Of a DNA stretch of 46,205 bases, positions 39,661 to 46,205 are shown in pieces (the stretch's first letter is position 1; each line of letters starts with the position of its first letter). The notes under the pieces were generated by a model. The model saw nothing but the letters and a program-made list of their open reading frames with translations, was not told the origin of the DNA and did not search any database. The stretch is from an uncultured Mycoplasmatota bacterium (GTDB lineage Bacteria > Bacillota_I > Bacilli_A > RF39 > UBA660). The DNA is taken from positions 1-46,205 of the forward strand of contig CAMLTY010000004.1 of NCBI GenBank assembly GCA_946486465.1, read 5' to 3'. The translations under genes were made by a program, and so were the position numbers.

Positions 39661-40686
39661 ATGCGTGCTGTTGCATTAAAAGGTAAAAGAGAATTTGAAT
39701 TAAAAGAGATAGAAGAACCAGTTATTGATAATGAGAAAGTTGTTATTAAAATATTAAAAGCTGGTATATGTGGCTCTGATTTACATTATTTTGAGATGGG
39801 GGAACCTGTAGGATTAGTAATGGGGCATGAGTTTTGTGGAGAAGTAATTAATCCAGGTAACAGAACTGATTTAAAAGTAGGTGATAGAGTTACGGCTTTA
39901 CCTATTTCTCCATGTGGTAATTGTCCTGCTTGTTTAAGTGGTAATCCCCAGTACTGTAAAAGTACTTGGACCCATGCTGTAGGACTTTCTTTAGATAATC
40001 CTGGAGCTTTGACAGAAAAGATTAAAGTAAGAAGTGATATGGTTTTAAAAGTACCAGATAATGTTAGTGATGAAGAAGCATCTATGGCTGAACCTACTGC
40101 TGTTGCTCTACATGGAATTCATCTTGCCGATGTTAAAGTAGGCTCTAAAGTCTTAGTAATTGGTGGAGGAATTATTGGACTTTTAAGTGCCATGTTTGCT
40201 AAAAAAGAAGGAGCTAGTTTTGTTGCAGTCAGTGAAACTAATCTCAAAAGAGGAGAGAAAGCAGTAAGCCTTGGTGTTGCTGATAAATATTACAATGCAA
40301 CTGATGAAAATATGCTTAATGAAGTAATCACTGATACTAATGGAGGCTTTGATATAGTAATAGAGTGTTGTGGTAATGCTAGTGCAGTTACATCATCACT
40401 TGTTACAGTTAGACCAGGTGGAGTAGTTGTATTAGTAGGTGTAGCAACTGGACCTATTAGTATTCCAACTGTTGTTGCTGTTATGAATGAATTAACTGTA
40501 AAAGGTGCTATTGCCTATACTAAAGAAGAATTTGCAACTTGTCTTGATTTAATTAGCAATAAACAAATAGAAGTTATGAAGTTTGTTGATGATATTGTAA
40601 GTTATGATGAAGTACAAAATGCTTATCTTAGATTAACTAGTGGTAATGATGGAGCAGTTAAGATATTAGTTAGCCCTAATAAATAA
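39661..40686 (+). CDS. Zinc-dependent medium-chain dehydrogenase (butanediol/sorbitol/threonine dehydrogenase-like)
   Basis: GICGSDLH, MGHEFCG, CGNCPAC..G...YC, GGGIIG; ATG at 39661 follows RBS GAGGTG. Confidence 0.92.
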   Translation: MRAVALKGKREFELKEIEEPVIDNEKVVIKILKAGICGSDLHYFEMGEPVGLVMGHEFCGEVINPGNRTDLKVGDRVTALPISPCGNCPACLSGNPQYCKSTWTHAVGLSLDNPGALTEKIKVRSDMVLKVPDNVSDEEASMAEPTAVALHGIHLADVKVGSKVLVIGGGIIGLLSAMFAKKEGASFVAVSETNLKRGEKAVSLGVADKYYNATDENMLNEVITDTNGGFDIVIECCGNASAVTSSLVTVRPGGVVVLVGVATGPISIPTVVAVMNELTVKGAIAYTKEEFATCLDLISNKQIEVMKFVDDIVSYDEVQNAYLRLTSGNDGAVKILVSPNK

Positions 40687-40704
40687 GTTTTTACAAATAT
40701 ATTT

Positions 40705-42233
40705 GTAACTATTCACATCCCTAAAGTGAAATAGTTACTTTTTTACACAATTATTCTGATAAAATCCCATAATTATATGATAAGATAATAGTGAAAATAA
40801 AAGGAGTTTTAAAGATGGGAAATACATTAGGTAAATTACAAACTAGAGTTAATGAATTAGAAACGAAGTTAGTAGAATTACAAGATAAAAACTCTGAATT
40901 AATAGAAGAGAAAAAATCACTAACATCTAAACTAAAATATTTAGAAGAAAGTTTTGATAAAAAGTTAGAAACCGCTTTGACTAAAGCAGTTAAAGAAGTA
41001 TCTGAAAAATATGAGAAAATAATAAAAGAAAAAGATCAAAGAATTTTTGAACTAGAACAAAGACTTAACATTAACTCAAACAATTCAAGTTTACCTAGCA
41101 GTAAAGACTATATATAAAACTAAAATATGTAATTCAAGAAAAGAAACTGATAAAAGTAAAGGAGGACAGATTGGTCATAAAAAACATAAATTAGAAAAAT
41201 TTAATGATGACGAAATAACAGAAGAAGTAAATCATACTATGGATAAATGCCCTAATTGTAATAGTAAAAATATTAAAGTAATAAATGTTAAAGTAAGAGA
41301 TGAATTAGATTTTAAAATTACTATAATAAAAAGAAGACACTACTTTAAGAAGGGTACCTTGTTAAACTGCAAAAGAAAGCATCTTCTATGCTTAAAGATT
41401 TTACTTTTGATGTAAAACAAAAGATATTAGAGTCTAAATTAAATTACTGGGATGATACCGTTGCAAAAATAGGAGAAAAAGATAAAGGATGTATTAGAGG
41501 TTATACTAATGGAAAAGAAGTTTTGTATAAAGCTCATCTTGCAAAAAATACTAAAGGTATGGATGAAGATGGTATATTACAGAACTTGCCTAGTGATTGT
41601 ACTGTTATGCATGATCATTTATTACATAACTATTGTGAAGATTATAGTTATAAAAACATAGAATGTAATGCATATATAACAAGGAAATTACAAAGCATAG
41701 TAGAAAATACTAAACATGATTGGGCAGACAAAATGAAAGAGTTATTGGAAAGTACTTTAACAAAAAGAAAAGAATATAGTGAAAAGAAAATTAAAGACTT
41801 TGATAGTAAGTATGACTCTATTATTAAAGATGCTTTTAAAGAATATATAGAGTTCAATCATAAATATGAATTTACTAAAGAAGAGAATCTATTAGAGTTT
41901 ATGAGAGACTTCAAAGGACCAATAACTGAGTGGGTTAGAGATTTCTCTTTACCATATTCAAATAATCTATGTGAGAGATTACTTAGAATGTTGAAGACCA
42001 AGATGAAGATAAGTTATCAATTTCAAAATCTAGAATCTGCTAAGTGTTTTGCCAATATTATAACTTACACGGAAACTTGTGGTAACTATGGTGTTAATAA
42101 ATATGAAGCGATAAAGAGATTATTTGATAATAACCCATATACTGTTACTGAACTTAGAAATTTAAAAACAGCCAACAATCAATAAATTGGCTGATTTTTC
42201 CAGTTATTTATTTTCTAGACTGTGAATAGTTAC
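40705..42233 (+). mobile_element. Degenerate IS66-family insertion sequence (single-ORF, ISBst12-like organisation)
   Basis: Perfect 13-bp terminal inverted repeats GTAACTATTCACA (40705-40717) / TGTGAATAGTTAC (42221-42233) with GTAA termini, enclosing transposase fragments. No target duplication is visible. Confidence 0.85.
40815..42185 (+). pseudogene. IS66-family transposase, frameshifted and apparently internally deleted
   Basis: Coiled coil then NSNNSSLPSSKD; frameshift near 41110 into KGGQIGH...CPNC; junction near 41350 into EGYLVKLQKKASSML, YWDDT, VMHDH, SNNLCERLLR. Confidence 0.85.
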
Positions 42234-42324
42234 CTTTTATTTAACATATTAAGATTTTTTAAGATTTTTTAACTTCCTTTTTTAAATTAATTAAGTTATA
42301 ATTTTAATAGGAAGTGTTAATAAT

Positions 42325-42362
42325 AAGATTATAAAAAGTTAACATTTTTATAATCTTTTTTT
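42325..42362 (+). terminator. Terminator-like hairpin directly before the deoD RBS (possible attenuator)
   Basis: AAGATTATAAAAA-GTTAACA-TTTTTATAATCTT followed by TTTTT, then AAGGAGG. Confidence 0.5.
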
Positions 42363-42374
42363 AAGGAGGTTATT

Positions 42375-43088
42375 ATGACAGTTCATATTGAAAGTAAAAA
42401 AGAAGATATTGCCGAGGTAGTACTTATGCCAGGAGACCCATTACGAGCTAAGTATATCGCTGAAAATTTCTTAACTGATTATAAAATAGTCAATAAAGTT
42501 AGAAACATGTTTGGCTATACTGGCTATTATAAAGGTAAAAGAGTAACAGTATTTGCCTCAGGTATGGGTATTCCTAGTATTGGAATATATTCTTATGAAT
42601 TATATAAATTCTATGATGTAAAGAAAATAATTAGAATTGGTACAAGTGGTTCATTCAATAAAGATATTAAAGTGCTAGATGTAGTATTATCAGAGGGAGC
42701 TTACTGTAAAACATATTTTCCAAAACTATTAGATGGTAAAGAAGTTGATTTTATTACATCAAGTGAAGAATTAAATGAAAATATTAAAACAGCCGCTAAA
42801 CTTGCGAATATTCCTTTAAAAATTGGTAAGACTATTACTAGTGATGTGTTTGATTTATATAGTAGTTCTCTTGATGAATTTAAATCCAATTTTCCAGATG
42901 AAGATTTCTTATCAGTAGAAATGGAAGCTTTTGGACTATTTTATATGGCTAACAGACTAGGCAAAGAAGCTTCTTGCCTAATGACTGTGGTTGATTCTTT
43001 CTATGATAAGAAGAGTCTAACTAGTGAAGAAAGAGAACAGTCACTAAATCAAATGATTATCCTAGCTTTAGAAGCTGCGATTATATAG
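42375..43088 (+). CDS. deoD: Purine-nucleoside phosphorylase (hexameric DeoD type)
   Basis: MPGDPLRAKYIAE, VRNMFGYTG, GMGIPSIGIY, IRIGT, VEME. Confidence 0.96.
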   Translation: MTVHIESKKEDIAEVVLMPGDPLRAKYIAENFLTDYKIVNKVRNMFGYTGYYKGKRVTVFASGMGIPSIGIYSYELYKFYDVKKIIRIGTSGSFNKDIKVLDVVLSEGAYCKTYFPKLLDGKEVDFITSSEELNENIKTAAKLANIPLKIGKTITSDVFDLYSSSLDEFKSNFPDEDFLSVEMEAFGLFYMANRLGKEASCLMTVVDSFYDKKSLTSEEREQSLNQMIILALEAAII

Positions 43089-43103
43089 AAAGGAAGGTGC
43101 AGT

Positions 43104-44375
43104 ATGGATTATGTAAAGAAAGATTTAGGAGCTTATAATCTTCATATAATAAAAACAAACCTTTATAAGACTATTACTGTTAAGATATTCTTTAGAGAAG
43201 AAGCCTTAAAAGAAAATATTACGAAACGTAATTTCTTAAGTCGGATGATGATGTTAGGAAGTAATGACTATAAAACTAAAGTAGAACTTACTAAAGCTGA
43301 ACAAGACTTATATGCTGTTAATATATCAAGTACTAACAGAAGAATAGGTAACTATTTAGATACTGGAATTAGTCTTAAAGTATTACATGATAAATATACA
43401 GAAGAAGGTAACTTTGAGAAAAGTTTAGATTTGTTAGATTCTATTATCTTTAATCCTAAAGTTACTAATAATGCCTTTGATGAGGTAGACTTTAATACCG
43501 TTTATGAAGAATATAAAGCAGACCTTAGTAGTTTAGTAGAAAATAAAATGACTTACGCTTTAATTAAAGGTTTAGAAGCTACAGATAATAAAAGTGTTAT
43601 AAGTTATCGAGGTATTGGTTATTTAGAAGACTTAGAGAAAATTACTAAAGAAAACTTATATGATTACTATAAGAATGTTATTAGTCATAACTTTGTTGAT
43701 ATCTTTGTTTTAGGAGATGTAGATGAAGAGAAAATTACCAATATTATAAGAGAAAAATTTAAGATAAATACTTTTAAAAAGAAACCTATAAAAGCTTTAG
43801 TAGAGCCCTTAAAAGTATCTAGAGTTAAAACTATTAAAGAAAAAGTAGAAGCAGAACAAGATAACTTAATAATAACTTTATCTCTTAATAACTTAACAGA
43901 TTATGAAAGAAATTATCCTCTTTCTTTATATAATGCTATACTTGGTGGAGGTTCAGAATCTTTATTATTTAGTGAAGTTAGAGAAAAGAATTCTCTTGCC
44001 TATTATGTTAGTAGTACTCCTAATAAATTAGATAATTTAATTATTATTAGAGGTGGTATTACTAAAGATAAAAGTATGGATGCAGTTAATATAATAAAAA
44101 AGATATTAAAAGATTTAGAAACAGGTAAAATAGATGATGATAGAGTAGAGAAAGCGAAAGAATACTATACTAGTGCCATTGATGATATTATTGAAAGCCC
44201 TTTTCAAATAATAGAGAGTTATTATATGATAGAACTACTTGGAGTAGATGATATTGAGACTAAACGTAAGAAGATGTTAAAGGTAACAAAAGAAGAAATC
44301 ATCGCTCTTGCTAAGAAAGTTAAAATTAATACAATTTATATTCTAGAAGGAAGTGATGATAATGGAGAAAATTGA
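43104..44375 (+). CDS. M16-family peptidase, non-catalytic subunit (YmfF-like)
   Basis: NAILGGGSESLLFSEVREKNSLAYYV; no HxxEH motif; overlaps the partner gene. Confidence 0.85.
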   Translation: MDYVKKDLGAYNLHIIKTNLYKTITVKIFFREEALKENITKRNFLSRMMMLGSNDYKTKVELTKAEQDLYAVNISSTNRRIGNYLDTGISLKVLHDKYTEEGNFEKSLDLLDSIIFNPKVTNNAFDEVDFNTVYEEYKADLSSLVENKMTYALIKGLEATDNKSVISYRGIGYLEDLEKITKENLYDYYKNVISHNFVDIFVLGDVDEEKITNIIREKFKINTFKKKPIKALVEPLKVSRVKTIKEKVEAEQDNLIITLSLNNLTDYERNYPLSLYNAILGGGSESLLFSEVREKNSLAYYVSSTPNKLDNLIIIRGGITKDKSMDAVNIIKKILKDLETGKIDDDRVEKAKEYYTSAIDDIIESPFQIIESYYMIELLGVDDIETKRKKMLKVTKEEIIALAKKVKINTIYILEGSDDNGEN

Positions 44376-45666
44376 GATAAAGAATGTAGATAAATTTATT
44401 TATAGAGAAGTCTTAGATAATGGTTTAGAGATTATTATTATTCCTAATGATAAGATTAGTAAGAAGAAAAATTATTACTTTAGTTATGTTACTTACTATG
44501 GAGCCGCTATTAATGAATTTGTTCCTGTTGGGAAAAATAAAATGACTTCTTTTCCTAGTGGTATCGCTCATTTCTTAGAACATAAGATGTTTGAAAGTAA
44601 AGATGGAATAAAGCCTTCTGATTTTTATGCTAAGACAGGTAGTTATGTTAATGCTTTTACTAGTTATAAAAATACTTGTTATGTTGTAACTGGTAATAAG
44701 AAGATGAAAGAAAACTTAGAGTATTTATTAACATTTGTTAATAGTCCTTATTTTACAGATGAAAATGTAGAGAAAGAACAAGGAATAATATGTGAAGAAG
44801 CAGCGATGAATGATGATAGTCCTGATTATTTAGCATATAAAACTATTAATAAAAATATTTATAAAGTATCTCCTTATAATACACCAATACTTGGAACTAT
44901 AGAAAGTATAAAAGAAATCACTAAAGATGACTTATATAACTGTTATAATACTTTCTATCGTCCTAGTAATATGTTCTTAGTAGTAGGCGGGGCAGTTGAC
45001 CCAGATGAAGTTGTTAAAATTGCTACTAATACCCTAGCAAGATTTAATTTAGAGAAAAGTGATAATATTAAAATAAAAAATTATAAAGAACCAGTTAAAG
45101 TAGTTAAAGACTATGAAGAGATAAAAAAAGATGTAAAAGTAGAAAAACTTGCTATTGGTTTTAAAATGGATAAATCAAAGTTTCCTATTAAAAATAAAGT
45201 TACCTTAGACTTATATCTTAATATGTTAATTTCTCTTTGCTTTGGTGCTAGTTCAGAGTTTAGAGAAATGATAAGAAAAAGACATCTAGTTAGTAGAAGT
45301 GGTTACTATTTTCAAGATATAGGTAATATCGTTACTTTTATGGTAGAAGCAGATGTTTTGAATTATCCTGTATATTTAAAAGAATTAGAGAATTATCTTA
45401 ATAATTTAGATGTATTAGAAGAAGATTTAGAGAGAATTAAAAAAGTTTGGATATCTAGTGAAGTAATTAAAAGTGATTATGCCGATAGTATTGTAGATAC
45501 TGTAGTAGATGATATGATTAATTATCATAAAGTTATTACTAACTATGTAGAACTTATTAAGAATATGAATATTACAACAATGAAAGAAGTAATTAACAGC
45601 TTAGATTTTACTAATAGAGCGATTGTTAGAGTAATAAGTGAAAATAATCCTTTACAAAATGATTAG
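44362..45666 (+). CDS. M16-family zinc peptidase (YmfH-like)
   Basis: GIAHFLEHKMFE, NAFTS, PYFTDENVEKEQGII.EE, FYRPSNM. Confidence 0.92.
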   Translation: MEKIEIKNVDKFIYREVLDNGLEIIIIPNDKISKKKNYYFSYVTYYGAAINEFVPVGKNKMTSFPSGIAHFLEHKMFESKDGIKPSDFYAKTGSYVNAFTSYKNTCYVVTGNKKMKENLEYLLTFVNSPYFTDENVEKEQGIICEEAAMNDDSPDYLAYKTINKNIYKVSPYNTPILGTIESIKEITKDDLYNCYNTFYRPSNMFLVVGGAVDPDEVVKIATNTLARFNLEKSDNIKIKNYKEPVKVVKDYEEIKKDVKVEKLAIGFKMDKSKFPIKNKVTLDLYLNMLISLCFGASSEFREMIRKRHLVSRSGYYFQDIGNIVTFMVEADVLNYPVYLKELENYLNNLDVLEEDLERIKKVWISSEVIKSDYADSIVDTVVDDMINYHKVITNYVELIKNMNITTMKEVINSLDFTNRAIVRVISENNPLQND

Positions 45667-45671
45667 GCCTA

Positions 45672-45680
45672 TGATATAAT
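45672..45680 (+). promoter_or_regulatory. Extended -10 promoter of rplS
   Basis: TGATATAAT. Confidence 0.7.
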
Positions 45681-45685
45681 TAAAG

Positions 45686-45752
45686 ACGTCAAAAAAATGT
45701 TCCGCTGGCTCTTTGGTTATGAGCATTGGTTATAGGTAAAGGAGGATCTTAT
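45686..45752 (+). ncRNA. Ribosomal protein L19 leader (putative autoregulatory 5' UTR)
   Basis: Stem ATGTTC-CGCTG...GAGCAT (45697-45726) upstream of the rplS RBS, resembling the Bacillota L19 leader pattern as I recall it. Confidence 0.65.
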
Positions 45753-46100
45753 ATGAACGTAATTGACAAAATTAATGACAAACAAATTAATAAGAACATT
45801 CCTGAATTTAGAGTTGGAGATACTGTTCGTGTTGATGTTAAGATTATCGAAGGTAAACGTGAAAGAATCCAAGCTTTTGAAGGAATTGTAATCGCTCGTC
45901 GTGGTGGTAGTGTTAGTGAAACATTTACTGTTCGTAAAATGAGTAGTGGTGTAGGAGTTGAAAGAACATTCCCAATTCACTCACCTAAGATTGCTAAAAT
46001 TACTGTCTTAAGACATGGTAAAGTAAGACGTGCTAAATTAGGAAATGTTTTAAGAAATAGTAAAGGTCAATATCGTATTAAAGAAAGAGGACAACAATAG
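45753..46100 (+). CDS. rplS: 50S ribosomal protein L19
   Basis: [47 protein letters not shown]; ATG at 45753 follows RBS AAGGAGG. Confidence 0.98.
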   Translation: MNVIDKINDKQINKNIPEFRVGDTVRVDVKIIEGKRERIQAFEGIVIARRGGSVSETFTVRKMSSGVGVERTFPIHSPKIAKITVLRHGKVRRAKLGNVLRNSKGQYRIKERGQQ

Positions 46101-46114
46101 TTCTCAGTTTTAAG

Positions 46115-46141
46115 GAGTGAAAATTAGTTTTCACTCTTTTT
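46115..46141 (+). terminator. rplS intrinsic terminator
   Basis: GAGTGAAAA-TTAG-TTTTCACTC followed by TTTTT. Confidence 0.85.
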
Positions 46142-46205
46142 CTGTGTAAAAAAAGGAAAAAATATGCATCAAAAAAAGATTCTGCAACCCCCAAAAATCA
46201 GAATT

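Noticed and set aside
40697-42241. 8-bp target-site duplication around the IS66 element
   Set aside because: The left flank ATATATTT and right flank CTTTTATT do not match.
42251-42272. Tandem AAGATTTTTT x2
   Set aside because: Two copies of a low-complexity 10-mer in an AT-rich intergenic region are not significant alone.
105-45980. Short antisense or alternative-frame ORFs in the track (e.g. 105-386, 1269-1481, 2658-2960, 3635-3874, 6762-7274, 7503-7727, 9506-9697, 13355-13564, 16078-16305, 21566-21757, 24483-24728, 25312-25542, 27141-27353, 35599-35913, 41648-41857, 42701-42889, 45717-45980)
   Set aside because: They overlap well-supported genes, lack an RBS or motifs, and mostly have the F/S/I/L-rich composition expected of shadow frames in AT-rich DNA.
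1-46205. Genetic code 4 (TGA = Trp)
   Set aside because: Long conserved ORFs are complete under code 11 and use TGG. The broken genes are due to TAA or frameshifts, not TGA.
1-46205. CRISPR array, tRNA/rRNA genes, reverse transcriptase (retron/DGR)
   Set aside because: I saw no regularly spaced repeats, no GC-rich structured RNA genes and no RT motifs by eye. The 54-bp repeat has no adenine-specific mismatches.

Overview
Very AT-rich chromosomal window, probably from a low-GC Bacillota/Bacilli genome (inferred from composition, AGGAGG-type RBSs, TGnTATAAT promoters and the deoD-ymfF-ymfH-rplS order). Bases 1-25.5 kb form a defence-island-like block: a large STAND-type NTPase (Avs-like), a type I restriction-modification system, a DUF262/DUF1524 (GmrSD-type) nuclease, a SWIM zinc-finger protein, a pRiA4b-ORF3-like protein and four tandem paralogous ~610-665 aa proteins, three of which end in a SEC-C motif. 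The type I locus looks like a phase-variable hsdS shufflon: two divergent full hsdS genes and one silent half-cassette surround a tyrosine recombinase, with nested inverted repeats. One repeat pair would flip the recombinase together with a candidate hsdS promoter. Bases 25.6-40.7 kb hold accessory metabolic and DNA-processing genes: a short metK, a DUF3419-like gene, cutA, a flavodoxin/CMD/cupin/SGNH/DUF362 operon behind a MerR-type promoter (two members are broken), an HExxH protein, a UvrD-family helicase with a nuclease insert, a SWIM-SNF2 ATPase, an LMW-PTP and a Zn dehydrogenase. A decayed IS66-family element precedes the housekeeping genes deoD, two M16 peptidases and rplS with its leader. 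No rRNA, tRNA or CRISPR array was seen. The best novelty candidates are the promoter-flipping hsdS shufflon architecture and the SWIM/pRiA4b/SEC-C paralog array. All family assignments come from motif recognition by eye, not database searches.
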